From a virus (lineage: Duplodnaviria > Caudoviricetes): 64,000 bases of DNA. Location of the stretch: positions 1-64,000 of IMG/VR virus record IMGVR_UViG_3300014205_000004. One strand, given 5' to 3'. Position numbers and translations under genes: made by a program. The notes beneath the pieces are model-generated. The model saw only the letters and a list, made by a program, of their open reading frames with translations. It ran no database searches and had not been told where the DNA came from. Every line of letters begins with the position of its first letter. The first letter of the stretch is position 1. Positions 29,607 through 41,126 of the stretch are shown here, piece after piece.

Positions 29607-30083
29607 TCAGACAGCAACCCAGCTGGGGGCGATGAGGTAGGTGCTGCAGGTGCTGCATTCGTCACTGAACAACATGCAGCAGTCTCCGCAGAACGTGCCT
29701 GGCCCGTTGTTGATTGGGTAGTGGACACCTTCGTCGTCGAGACACCGGTTGCAGGTGTCGCAGTGCGGGATGTCGCACCCCTCGGATGGGTGCGTTGCGG
29801 CAACTTCCGCGCAGTAGTGGTCATGGAGGTGCTGCATGCACACGAAGTGGCCGCAGTCTTGCGTTATCCCGTCGTCAGAGCATTCCGGGCAACGTTGTTC
29901 CTGCCGCTCTTCGTCCGTGGGCGTAGCTTCGAGTGCAGCGTAGGCGCTCTCGTACTTCGCACCAAAGTCGGCGATGTCTTCGTCGGTGTATTCTCCTGGA
30001 AAGCGAGTGGAGTACTCCTCAAAGTCGTCTCGCCGGTCCATGAGGCATTGTTTGAGGAAAGCTTTGTCAACCTCGTTTATCAG
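29607..30083 (-). CDS. Multi-Zn-finger hypothetical protein, probable CTG start
   Basis: AAGGAG-7 nt-CTGA overlap; several CxxC motifs. Confidence 0.6.
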   Translation of the reverse strand: MINEVDKAFLKQCLMDRRDDFEEYSTRFPGEYTDEDIADFGAKYESAYAALEATPTDEERQEQRCPECSDDGITQDCGHFVCMQHLHDHYCAEVAATHPSEGCDIPHCDTCNRCLDDEGVHYPINNGPGTFCGDCCMLFSDECSTCSTYLIAPSWVAV

Positions 30084-31030
30084 TGCGGTTCTCCTTGCGA
30101 GAAGCAGGCTCTCCGCGGAGCAAGCTTCACCCAGACGTGGTGGAACCCGTCCTGGTGCCCGTTGATGACAGCCACGACATGGATCCCGTGCGGGTCAGCG
30201 GCGCTGATGAAGTCCTGGTCGGCCACATGCAGTGCGGCCTGCCAGTCGCTGTCGAAGCGCTCGCACATGTCGCAGCGCTCGATACCGATGTAGCCGCTGT
30301 AGTGGTACTGGTCTGTGAACCACCAGCCTGCGCACGGGTCAGGCCAGAAGCCACAGTGCTCCGGGTTCTTGTAGTCCTTGTAGGCGGGAGAGGCTTCGTA
30401 GAGCCTCATCCACCCCGCCGCGAGGGCCTCTTGAACCGTCGCAACCTTAGCTCTCACTTTTGGCTCCCTCTTCCATTCCGCGTTGGATTTATCCCACTCG
30501 ATTTCGGACCGGATGTACCCCCTGAGGATTTCGTCGATCGGGTGGTCTCCACTGAAGTACATCCCGGCCCACCCGCCCTCCTCAATACCGAGCCGCTGCT
30601 GGATGACGAGGCAGGCGGCGTTTAGTGCTTCATCGGCGAGGTCTTCGATTTCCTGGTCGGAAAGCTCAGGCATCAGTCACCTCACGCCGTCTGGGGTCTT
30701 CGTACTTCAGGCGCTCCCAGAGCACCCTGGCCGCGGCGCGCGGGATTTCGTCCCACACCCTGCTCCAGTGAGGTTCAGCCATCTCAGCTCCTCTGAGCCC
30801 AGCATTAGTCAACACATCAGCGAGAAGCACGTTGGCATCGCAGTTGTCATGCATGACCGTGGGGGCTATCACGGCTAGGGCGAGCCAATCCTCAAGGGCA
30901 GCGGGCCGGTGCAGACGAAAGGGCCAGCCCCCGAACGGCTCGCGACCGTTGATCGGGTCCCAGTGCTTCTCAAGCAACATCAGGTTTACCCAGGCCCTGA
31001 CAGTCCGCGTAGCCAGCAATCTGTAGTCCA

Positions 31031-32374
31031 TTAGGCACCTCCTGCTGCAGCGTATGCGTAGTCCACCATCAGGTGGGCTGCGTTCGCTTGAACGAGCGCC
31101 CTGGCTACCGGCGGGCAGACGCTGTTGCCGGCCATGCGCACCTGGGCGGTCTTGGTCATCGGCTTCCCGTTGACGAGTGGCTCGATGACGTAGTCCCTGG
31201 GGAACCCCTGGGCTGCGTAGAGTTCTTTTGGTTCGAGCATCCGCATCCCGATATCCGAGATGGCGTACTGCTCGCCGTGAACGGTGACGAGAGCGATGCG
31301 CGCTTTCGAGGTGACGACGTGCATCGGTTCTCGCATGTTCTGCGCCTGTCCCCCACCGCTGTAGTAGTGCGTGAGAAAGGCGTAGACGAGTCCGAGCTTC
31401 TTGCCGCCCGCGGTCACGGTCGGCATCGGCTGCTCCAGGTCGGCACCAATCGCGGTCCCGTAGAACTTGGTGAGGAACGCACTGACGAGCGCGTGCTTCA
31501 CCCCTCCGCCCATGGCAGTGCCGAGGGGTTTGAATAGTCCAGGCACGCGTGGAGCCTGCCCAGGACGTTCCCCCCAGCTGGTCTGGATGAGGGTCGGGAC
31601 GCTGATCTGGTCGTTGCCGACGATGAAGGGGTCAGGGTCGTTGATGACGTAGCGGTAGGTGCCGTAGGCAATCCGCTTCAGGGTCGCGTCGGAGAGCGGC
31701 TTGGGTCGGCCGAAGATGCTCCTGGTTGGAATGGAGAAGTCGATGCATTCGTGTGCCGGCCGCTCAGGCAGCCGTCCTGGACCGTGCGTAGGCTCCGGCC
31801 AGATGATCGGCTTCCCATCGCGCCTGGCGATGATGAAGAGTCGCTTCCGAATGGTTGGCGCGCCGAAGTAGCTGGCTCGCAGCTCTTTCCACTGGACGCG
31901 GTAACCGAGCTCTTGAAGCGAAGCAACCCATTCGTCGAAGGTCTCACCCTGACGGAGCTTGTCAGGCTTGTTGTTCGCGTCGAGCGGGCCCCACGTACGG
32001 AACTCCTCGACGTTCTCGACCATGATGATTTCGGGATGCACTTCCCGCGCCCAATTCACCACCACCCAGGCGAGGTCGCGAATCTTCTTCTCGACCGGCC
32101 TGCCGCCCTTGGCCTTGCTGAAGTGCTTGCAGTCCGGGGAGAACCAAGCCAGACCTACGGGGAGGCCGCTGGTCACTTCCTTCGGGTCAACGCTCCAGAT
32201 GTCCTGCACGTAGTGCGTAGCGTCCGGATGGTTGGCCGTGTGCATGATGATGGCTTCGGGGTCGTGGTTGATGGCGATATCGACCTGGCGGTTGAGGGCC
32301 ATCTCGATACCGGTGGATGCTCCACCGCCGCCTGCAAAGTTGTCGGCGATGAGCTTCTGGGTGGTCAGGGTCAG
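31031..32374 (-). CDS. DNA (cytosine-5) methyltransferase, CTG start
   Basis: Motif I DNFAGGGG, motif IV SPDCKHFS, ENV, RKRLF, GNSV; AGGAGG-7 nt-CTG directly after an in-frame TAG. Confidence 0.92.
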   Translation of the reverse strand: MTLTTQKLIADNFAGGGGASTGIEMALNRQVDIAINHDPEAIIMHTANHPDATHYVQDIWSVDPKEVTSGLPVGLAWFSPDCKHFSKAKGGRPVEKKIRDLAWVVVNWAREVHPEIIMVENVEEFRTWGPLDANNKPDKLRQGETFDEWVASLQELGYRVQWKELRASYFGAPTIRKRLFIIARRDGKPIIWPEPTHGPGRLPERPAHECIDFSIPTRSIFGRPKPLSDATLKRIAYGTYRYVINDPDPFIVGNDQISVPTLIQTSWGERPGQAPRVPGLFKPLGTAMGGGVKHALVSAFLTKFYGTAIGADLEQPMPTVTAGGKKLGLVYAFLTHYYSGGGQAQNMREPMHVVTSKARIALVTVHGEQYAISDIGMRMLEPKELYAAQGFPRDYVIEPLVNGKPMTKTAQVRMAGNSVCPPVARALVQANAAHLMVDYAYAAAGGA

Positions 32375-33191
32375 CTAGTTTCCTCCTGCAAAAAGTTGGT
32401 GGCCTCTGAGACGGCCTCTTCTTTTGCGCCCTCCAGGTCGTCGCGAGCAATCGCCAAGGCTTGGAAAAGCAGCAAGTTGTTCTCCAGTTTTGCCTCGATG
32501 GAGGCGCACACGTAGCGCAGCGTGGTGGGTCTCAGGACCTTCAGATCCTTTCCGTCGGCAGAGGCATAAAGGATCTTCACGTTCCCGTACGCATCTGGCG
32601 AGACTCTCCACGAACCATCGAATGACTGTTCGAAGAATGTGTAATCATCCTCCACTTCCTTGACTTTGTTCTTCAGCTGTTTGTACGTTTCAAGACTGTT
32701 CACTTTTGGCGTTACTCCTTTAAGCGGCTTCGGCTTCGGGGTAGGGGTAGCAGGCGCAACAGAACCGTTGCGTGCTCTTCCCTTTCAGCAAGTACACACG
32801 CCCGCCCATCGCGATGCGGCTGGAGCACGCAGAGCAATGTCGGTCGGTGGTGGTCTTGGCGCGAATCAGCCGGACACCCGTTGGCCAAAATGTCTGAGCC
32901 TTCCGACTGCTTATCGTGCAGCGACGGCTTGGTCCGGTTATGAGGTTGTGCTCGACTTTGCCTTGGCTCAGTCGGCGACGGATTGCGTCGTGACCGTCTT
33001 TTTCCGTCGTCGGAAATTCAGGAAATTCTCTCTCGAAGAGGGCACCGTACTCCCTGGGCGTTCGGCCGGGCCACATGTCGACCAGCGTCAGGGCGATTTC
33101 CAGGAGGGCGTTGATGGGCGCGCTGTCTTCAGCGTCATGAGAGCTTTCAGGATCACTGTTACGAGAGTTGCGACTCATGTTTGTCTTCTAG

Positions 33192-33485
33192 CTACTCACA
33201 GATGCAGATGGTTTTGTGGACGAGACTGCCGGCTCGTCGTAGTTGTTCGATGCAGAGGCGACCAGCAGCCATCGCCTCGTCTTTGGTTGGAAGGTCAGCG
33301 ACGCACTCGACGCCACCGATCTTGAGATGGAGGTACACGGACCAGAACTCGGCCTCTCCTGCGCCGCAGCGTTCGATGTGCTTGCGTTCGTTGCCTTCGT
33401 AGCGGACGGCGGAGACTTCTACTCCGTCGTAGTGGTCCAGAGCGAGGCTGGGTGCGCCCAGCCAAGCGTTTCGCAGTGGGGTTAT
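33192..33485 (-). CDS. Hypothetical protein, possible ATA start
   Basis: ATAA overlap with the upstream stop; contains FWSVYLH...GG..CVAD motif. Confidence 0.5.
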   Translation of the reverse strand: MTPLRNAWLGAPSLALDHYDGVEVSAVRYEGNERKHIERCGAGEAEFWSVYLHLKIGGVECVADLPTKDEAMAAGRLCIEQLRRAGSLVHKTICICE

Positions 33486-34147
33486 TCGACCCAACCCTTC
33501 GCTTTCGCAACGGCTTCGATCATGGCGAGACGGGCGCGGCATTCAGCCCCTACGATCTCCCCATGAGGATGTTCGCCATCCCAGTGTGCGTGGGCTTCGG
33601 CCAGTGTGAAGCGGCGGCATCCAGCCTGTACCAGCAATCCGCCATCGGGCGAATACGTGGCGTACCAGAGATAGCCCCGCGTGTCCGTCCCGGCAAGGAT
33701 GAGGTTCGCACCCCAGAGGTCCGCATTCCGGAGGTCCGCGCCCCGGAGGTTCGCGTCCCGGAGGTTCGCGCCCCAGAGGTCCGCGCCCCGGAGGTTCGCG
33801 TCCCGGAGGTCCGCACCCCGGAGGTTCGCTTCCCGGAGGTCCGCGCCCCGGAGGTCCGCGCCCCGGAGGTTCGCGTCCCGGAGGTTCGCGCCCCAGAGGT
33901 CCGCGCCCCGGAGGTTCGCGTCCCGGAGGTCCGCACCCCGGAGGTTCGCACCCCAGAGGTCCGCATCCCGGAGGTCCGCATCCCAGAGGTCCGCACCCCA
34001 GAGGTCCGCGTCCCGGAGGTCCGCGCCCCGGAGGTCCGCCCGGCTTTCACCGGCGGCCTCCGCGACTGTGGTGGCGGTTTCCGAGTGGAACGCGACCGTC
34101 CCGTCCCGTCGATAGATTGTAATTCCTTCGCTAGTCATTTGCCTCAC
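33482..34147 (-). CDS. Pentapeptide-repeat protein
   Basis: About 22 A(D/N)L(R/W)(G/D) repeats followed by a C-terminal AGCR.FT domain. Confidence 0.92.
   Translation of the reverse strand: MRQMTSEGITIYRRDGTVAFHSETATTVAEAAGESRADLRGADLRDADLWGADLWDADLRDADLWGANLRGADLRDANLRGADLWGANLRDANLRGADLRGADLREANLRGADLRDANLRGADLWGANLRDANLRGADLRNADLWGANLILAGTDTRGYLWYATYSPDGGLLVQAGCRRFTLAEAHAHWDGEHPHGEIVGAECRARLAMIEAVAKAKGWVE
33701..34040 (-). repeat. 15-bp tandem repeat encoding the pentapeptides
   Basis: GAGGT(C/T)CGCNNCCC(G/A) units. Confidence 0.9.
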
Positions 34148-35655
34148 GAGCGTTCAGCGAAGAAGAGGCGCGCTTCGGTGAGCGTCCTGCAGTAGTCGCC
34201 GATGAAGGTGTTGCCTTCCTTGTCGCAGCGCCAGACGGCGTACGGGTGGTAGGCGTTTGCCAGGGAGATGTCCACCAGGACGATGAAGCCCTCGCGGGTT
34301 CGGTCCTGCTTCCAGTCAATGACCGGATGTCCGTTCTTGAGGTAGGGTTTCTCGATGACTCGGGGGTTGTTCATTCCCACTCCTTGTACCCGGTTCCTGG
34401 CCGGCGTCCTTCGGTCCACCTGAAGCCGCAGTCAACGCATTTCCATTGACGTCGGCCATCGCCAGGTGAGTTGGATGTCAGTTCGATGTTGCGGCTGCCG
34501 CAGGGGCACCAACGTCGCAGGCTCCTTCGAGACTGCATCTGGTTAGCCACGGCTACTCAGGAAGGTCAGGGCAGTCGTCACCGTTTTCCTCCTGACACAG
34601 GTACGGCTCAGCGCAGTCCTTGTTGGAATGGTACGAGATGTCTGGAGGAGTAAAGGAGTCAGCGCAATCGCACCCGAAGGAGCCAACGCACTCCTCCACG
34701 CACAGGTCAAACGACACGGCTTCTCCTGCGGTTGACAGCTGCTGGACGATGAACTCTCGAATCTCGTCCAGGTCCTTGACTCTAGCGAGTTTTGGAAGCT
34801 CGACGTAGACACCGATCGACACAGCGACCGGACAAAAGTCCTGCATCGTTTCGTTGTCACCGGGCATTTCGGTGAGTCTCACGTCTGCCATAGTGCTAGT
34901 CCTCCGTTTGTGGGGGATGGTCCCCGTAGGCGTGCTTGTCGGAGTAATCATGGATGCACCAGCCACGGCCGAGTCGCAGTTCGCCGGCGATGTCCTTGCC
35001 GTATTCCTGCAAGAACTCCGGCGTCAGCGGGTCCATGCCCAGGCTGACGCGGTACATGAACGCTTGTGCTGCCTTGCGGGATGCCTCTGGGTACTCCAGA
35101 GCCTCGCCGTCCGGGTCTCGGTAGCCGCCCCACCAACCGATCCTGAGCATTTCGGTGATGTTGTTGATGAGCCGCGGCTTCTCGGCTTCGGTTGGGGGGT
35201 GGTCCCGAAGGTAGGCGTCGTTTTCGGCCTTGACCAAGGCCTGGGTTGCAGGGGCGATGCTGCCGATGTCCCAGTAGGAGCCCCACATCGCCTCGCGGCT
35301 GTCGAATTCCTCGGGCGTCGGGCAGTCTTGCTTGATGCAGAATGTCATTGCGGTAGACCCTCCTTCTTCAAGGCGATGCGTTTCACTGAGCCTCCTGCAC
35401 GTCGATGACTTCCCCGCAGCCCATCTGCTCCAGCTGAGGCAGGTACTCGCTGCTGAACATGTCGATCTCTTCCGGTGCGCCGATGCGCAGCCGGCTCTCC
35501 ACCTGGGCCGCGGCTTCGTCTTCAGAGTCAGCGGCGACGAGCACGGTCAGCTGGACGGTCTCTTCGATGGTGACGGCGTAGATGCTGTCAACGTCCTTAC
35601 GCTTGAATGCATTGGGCATACCGTTGTGTCTCCTTGACTGCTCGGGCGGTGCCAG

Positions 35656-35685
35656 AGCTTACATTGCCGTAGACGACTCTGTCAA
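35656..35685 (-). promoter_or_regulatory. Sigma70-type internal promoter
   Basis: TTGACA-18 nt-TAAGCT upstream of the AAGGAG RBS of ORF 35383-35619. Confidence 0.6.
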
Positions 35686-35921
35686 CGCAAGTACGTGAGT
35701 TGCTCGCCACTGACGCTGTCGTAGTTGATCTGACGCCCGCGAGTGACGCCATCGATGGCGCGCTGAAGCCTCGCAATGTCCGACACTGGTAAGCCTGCGT
35801 GACTCATTTGTCGGACGGCGAGCTTCGCCTCCCACACGAGGCGGAGGACGTCTTGCTTTGTTGATTGGGTCTCGGGGGACGGGGTTCGCTTTCGAAAGCG
35901 CTGTGAAGGGCTAGCCGCCGT
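35682..35921 (-). CDS. 79-aa ORF missing from the track, probable ACG start
   Basis: GGAG-7 nt-ACG; the frame fills an otherwise empty gap. Confidence 0.45.
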   Translation of the reverse strand, partial: TAASPSQRFRKRTPSPETQSTKQDVLRLVWEAKLAVRQMSHAGLPVSDIARLQRAIDGVTRGRQINYDSVSGEQLTYLR

Positions 35922-37369
35922 TGCGCGGCTCCGGCAGGTGATGCATGTTGGGGGCGAACTTAGCCTTCAACGCGTCGGACTCGTACCAATCCCCGTAAAC
36001 ACCGGGGTGCTCCAGGAACGTCGGGTGTTCGCCGGCTAGCTTTCCGAGCACGTCAAAGAGTGCGTTAGCCCATCCACGCGTGTATTCGCTGTAGTAAGCA
36101 GCAGCTTCAGCGCGCCTGGCGAGTTCCCGCAGCAAGGCCCACTGGTCTTCTTCACCTTCCGGCGAAGGGTCCAACCAGACGCAGTGGTCCTTGCACTTCC
36201 TGTGGGCTTTCTCGTCGTGCTTGGCTCTCATTCGCCGTACTCAATGTCCGCTCGGGAGAGAGCCGGCTCACCAATACTGACGCGCCTGTGCCAGTCCTCG
36301 ACGCTGTTGTAGAGGCAGGCTTGACCGTAGCCGATGACGATGACGCCCTCACGCTCGACGGTGTAGCTGTCCCAGGGAGTTCTCTCTTCCGTCAGGTATG
36401 CGACGTGGAGAATGGTGATGATCTCACCACCTCCTCCAACGTCATCCGTACATTTGAGGATCCTCACTCGACTTCCTTCATCTTCTCGTTCGACCTCGCT
36501 AGGCGAGGTCGATTCCTACGCTCTCTAATAGTTCTGCGAAGATAGCGATGTCCTGTTCTTCCCAAATCGGATCCGCATTGGTTTTGGCAACGCGGAAAGT
36601 GAAGCCGTCAGGGCCGGTCAGTTCCCAAACCGAGATGTGGTTCTCGCCTTCACCACCTTCGGTGAGGAAACGAGCGGCGGAGATGCCAAGCGCCTTGGCT
36701 TCAGCCTCGATGCCAGCAGAGTTGAGTTCCTCGATTGGGGTGAGGTTCTCACTGTCCTGCTCCAGCGCCTCAAAGCACGCCGAGACGCGCCCACTCCGAG
36801 TGTGGTACATCTTGTGGCCCATCTCGATTCGGGCCGGGTTGCCGGTCGCCGTACGCGGCTGGCCGTCCAGCGAGCGGCACTGCGGGCAGGATGCCGCTGC
36901 GGTGTGATATGTGGAGTTCGTTGCCATTGTTCTGCCTTTCAGTCTGATTTGGGTCTTGCGGTATGGGTTCACTCGACCTCCTCCCACGTCCACGAGTACA
37001 TGCCGAGGGCCCACACTTCCTTCGGGCCTTCAGGGGTGCTGATGGTCAGTGCCTCGTAGTGAATGTCCTGAAGACCTTCAGCCTCTTCTACAGACCCCTC
37101 CTCGTAGTCACCCCTTTCGCAGATAACACCAGGGTAAGGGTAGTCAGACCACATGATGTCCACCCATTCAGGTGCCACATGCTGCTCTGCTCGGAGCTTG
37201 TTGTGCAGTTCGACGTAGCGATTGGCTTCGTCGCGCTCGAAGAGCGGACAGGCCCACCCGTTCCAGAGCTTTCCGTCCGTCCAGCCTTCGAACGAGACGT
37301 CGTCTGGTAGCCACTCCGCGGTGAAGCGGGTCTTCCGGAATTGCTTAGGCATCATCTGGCTTGGCTCCA

Positions 37370-38068
37370 TCAGTCCTTCCTGAAGACGTAGATACCGTAT
37401 GCGTTGTCGTCGTACGGGTGGGCTTCGACGGACGAGTAGTCACCGCCCCGGAACAGATCCTTCGCCCAAGCGTCGACCGCGTGGCTCATGTAGCCTGCGA
37501 GCGGGTGGCGTACCTTCTTATGGCCGTAGCCGTTTGGGTCTTCCATCTCGTCCGGGTCGCCGTAGCAGTCTTCATACAAGTGCGCGCCGAAGGCTTCCTC
37601 GTCGTCCCACTCGCCCTGGTACTCGTCGGTGAACGATTCGAGGAAGGAAAGGTCTGGGCTGTCGTCGTAGCAAGCGTCGCTCCAGTTGTACCACGCTGCG
37701 AAGGCTGCGCCGTGCTCCTCAAGCTTCTCGGCGATGGCTGCGACCTTGGCGAAGCTTTCGTTCTCACCCAGGCCCATGTGGGCGAAGCCGTCGTAGTCGT
37801 GGATGGCCCACTCCTCGGCGCTCTCCACCTGGCCGGAGCCGTTGCAGTGGCCGCAATCTACGCGGCCACCCATGTCGCTTGAGAAGCTTCCGTCGCCGAA
37901 GCACTCAGGGCATTCAACCGTGGTGTTCGGGAACGTGGAATCACGGAGCAGTGCCGCGACTTCTTCCTGGATGTGGTCCTCACCGAGTGTCGCGTCGATC
38001 CACTTACCGTGGTGGACGCCGTTGTTGTAGCTTGCCAGGCAAGCTACATAGATCCGGTAATCAGAAAT
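37370..38068 (-). CDS. ardA: ArdA antirestriction protein with inserted Zn finger, ATT start
   Basis: RIYVACLASYNNGVHHGKWIDA, EEWAIHDYDGF, YQGEWDDEEAF; highly acidic. Confidence 0.88.
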   Translation of the reverse strand: MSDYRIYVACLASYNNGVHHGKWIDATLGEDHIQEEVAALLRDSTFPNTTVECPECFGDGSFSSDMGGRVDCGHCNGSGQVESAEEWAIHDYDGFAHMGLGENESFAKVAAIAEKLEEHGAAFAAWYNWSDACYDDSPDLSFLESFTDEYQGEWDDEEAFGAHLYEDCYGDPDEMEDPNGYGHKKVRHPLAGYMSHAVDAWAKDLFRGGDYSSVEAHPYDDNAYGIYVFRKD

Positions 38069-38083
38069 GCGCGTACTCCTTCT

Positions 38084-38392
38084 CTACCAGTCGTAAGTTG
38101 GGATCGGCTCGTGGAAAGCCCCGTCCCGGTCGAAGCGGAGGATGTCGACGTCCTCGACCATTGCGGCTTCGATGATGTCGATGAATGTGGTTGAGAATCC
38201 GAAGCCCAGGGCATCGGTTCTCTCCTCGGGCCCCCACTCGCTAGGGACCACGACGAAGAATCCCTCCGGGTAGATCATCACCCGGAATGGGTCTTCCGGT
38301 TGATAGCGGGCGAGTAGTCGTTCGTCCCCGGTCGTGAGATGCCCGGTGGACAAATCCGCGTAGTTGTAGATGTACTGGTTGTCGAGGTTCAC
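38084..38392 (-). CDS. Hypothetical protein (DUF5983-like)
   Basis: DLSTGHLT ... YPEGFFV ... LRFDRDG ... YDW. Confidence 0.55.
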   Translation of the reverse strand: MNLDNQYIYNYADLSTGHLTTGDERLLARYQPEDPFRVMIYPEGFFVVVPSEWGPEERTDALGFGFSTTFIDIIEAAMVEDVDILRFDRDGAFHEPIPTYDW

Positions 38393-38605
38393 GTCATCAC
38401 CAAGAAGGTCTGACCGCCTTCGCCGGACCAAATGCCAGCGCGTTCGTGGCCGGCTATCCGGGCTGGTGGACAGAACTCGTAGAACGTGACCTTGACGCAA
38501 GTGCCAGGGGCTTGCATCCCAAGGTCCACAAGGCGGGCACGGACGAGTGCGACCGCCTCAACCAAGTCGTTGGCCGATACCATGCCGAAGTCGCCGTCGG
38601 CTTCT

Positions 38606-39040
38606 TCTTCGCGGTAGAAGTAGTAGCTGTGGTCCATACGATTCTAGCCGTTGGTTTCCCGCTGGTGCAGGGCATCCTGAATCGCCTCGATGGCCTTGAT
38701 GACTGCTTCTGGCGTGATTGAGTCGTCACCCTTGTTGTGGCTGATGTGATCGTAGATTTCCCTTGCGTCGCAAGTCCACGGCAGGTTTGTGTTCCAGTCC
38801 TCTTCGACCTGAAATCCAATACCAATGGTGCCGAACTTGGGGAAGGCGACGATAGCCTGCGCTTCGCTGAGACGAATGCGGTAGAGCCAATAATCCTCGC
38901 CGATTGGCGGGGTTACCATCACGATTCCCCCTTGCGGCATGCTCAGCGTGTCGTTGGTCATTGTGAATTTCTCGTTGATTTCAATTCTCATGGTTTCGAG
39001 CTCCTGATCTCTCTTCGCGGTAGAAGTAGTAGCTGTGGTC
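38606..39040 (-). repeat. 29-bp direct repeat flanking ORF 38644-38991
   Basis: TCTTCGCGGTAGAAGTAGTAGCTGTGGTC at 38606-38634 and 39012-39040. Confidence 0.9.
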
Positions 39041-41126
39041 GTCCATTAGTGTCACTCCTTACACTCTCCTTCGTGTTCCTTCTCTCCGCATCCGTCGCAG
39101 GTAGGCTGGGACCCCCAGATCCATCCCATGACGTAGGCTCCAGCACTTTCCCCGCACGAGAAGATTGGGCCAAACCCACTGTCGTCGATCTCGACTCCCC
39201 CATCGCGACACAGCTTCGACGCGTCTTCCAGGATGGCGTCGTGGTCGTGGTCGAAACCACACTCTTCACCAGGCGCGTCACCGATGACGTGCGGGATTTC
39301 GGCGAGTCGAAGCATGTCGATGGCAAGCTGTCTCACTTCGGCCAGTGGGATGCTTATCTCCGAGGCTCCTCCTCCAAAGACTTTGATTTCCTTGTTGGTC
39401 CTGCCGACACCGACTTTCATTCCATCTCCTTCTGTTGCCTGATGAAGTAGGTCAGGTCGTCCATCGTGGTCGAGTGCAGACGAGCCATGTCGGGGAGGTT
39501 ACCGTCCAACTCTTCCCAACCAGCTATTGGTTCGTAGTAGATGTCGCCGTGCGATTCGACGAGCGAATCGATGTAGCGCGCGAGCACAGCGGCGTGCTCG
39601 CGCACAAACTTAGCTGTGACAGGCACTAGGGCGCTCCGAAGGAGAGGTCCTGAACGTTCCGCTTCCGGGTAGCGTTGACCATCTCATCCAGGTCGTAGGT
39701 GGACCAGCGATTCGCCTCGTCGGCTGAGAGGAATACGGCTGCCGCCACGATGTCGTCAACCGTACGGTCGCACTCAACCACCTGACCCGGGTCGGCGTAC
39801 TCGATCGTGGTGAAATGGTCGTTCTCACGTACAGCGGTAATGGCGTTGATGGAGATGGCAACCCTGTGCTTTTGCCGGTCTGTAAACGTGATGAACTTGT
39901 TCATGGTTAGTTCTCGTCCTCCCATATCCCTGTGCCTTCGCCGATCGGTGCGCCGGCATCGGCCATTTCAAGCGCGTTGACGAAGAGCTTGGCGTACTTC
40001 TCCTCGAAGAACTCAGCCAGGTACTCGTATTCCGGGAACTCGCTCGTGTCTGCGAAGTGCCGGTCAGATGCTTCCTTGCTTGGGAACACGAGGAACCCGT
40101 CGCACGTTGCAGTGATGGTGTAGGTTGGTTCAGGCAACGTCGGACCCATCAGCCAGCATCTTCGCTGCCTCAACCACCCAGGTGCTGGTGTTCATGAACT
40201 TGGCGAAGCCGTTGAGGACTACGGCTGCCCCTCCCCCGAACGCGTCAAGTCGTGGCTTCGAGCAGGTGTTTGCCCATTCGAAGCCGATAGGCTTGTCCCG
40301 GTGGTGCTCGTAGGTCCAGCGTTTCAGTACCTCAATGAGTCCGTCGATGTCCCCGCTCTCCTCTTCGTGGAACCAGATGCTGCCGTCGTCTTCTCCTCCT
40401 CCCTGCCAGTCAGCGCGGGAGTACCTCATGTCCTCACCGTAACGGTCGGTTAAGGCGACGAGTTCTTCATCGTCTACGTCACCCCAAGCGCCTTCGTAGA
40501 TGGCATTGGCGGCATCAAGAAGCTTCTTGAGTTCCTTGATAGCATCCGGGTTGTCTTCGACGATGAAGCTGTAGCTGGTGTAGTAGTTAGCCACCCGTTG
40601 TCTCCGTATGGTAGTGTTGTCGCGCCCGGTCGAGTGCATCATCAAACGACTCGAACTCCGCCCGAAGATCCGACCAGTGCATTAGGTCGGCCAGCAAGTC
40701 AGTCAGGGCGTGTTCTGGGTCATCCTTCGTCGTCTTGAGGTAGGTGATGATGGCTTCGTCAGCGAAAGTTGCTCTGTCTTCGTTCGTCGGTACGTTCCAG
40801 TCCGGGAGCGCCATCAGACCGGCCCCACACCGTGGTTGCAGTAGCGCCCTACTGCCACGCAGTAGCTTGTCCTCGCTTGCAGCATGTGGAGCACGGCATC
40901 GATGTCGGTGAGGTTCTGCTCAGAGTCCTTCGAAGGGTTAATGAAGACGCGCGTGCCGTTGCTGAGGATGATGAGCGCCCACGTGTGGTCGCCGTAGTAC
41001 GCTACCTGCGCGTCGTCCTCGCCTTCGATCGCGATGACGTCCACGCAGTCGCGCTCCCACTTGTCGTAGCCACCGTCCGGGTCATCGATGGTGCGTGGGA
41101 ATGCTTCGAGGTTAACCGGTACGAAC

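Noticed and set aside
33701-34040. Possible CRISPR array
   Set aside because: Contiguous 15-bp coding repeats with no unique spacers and no cas genes
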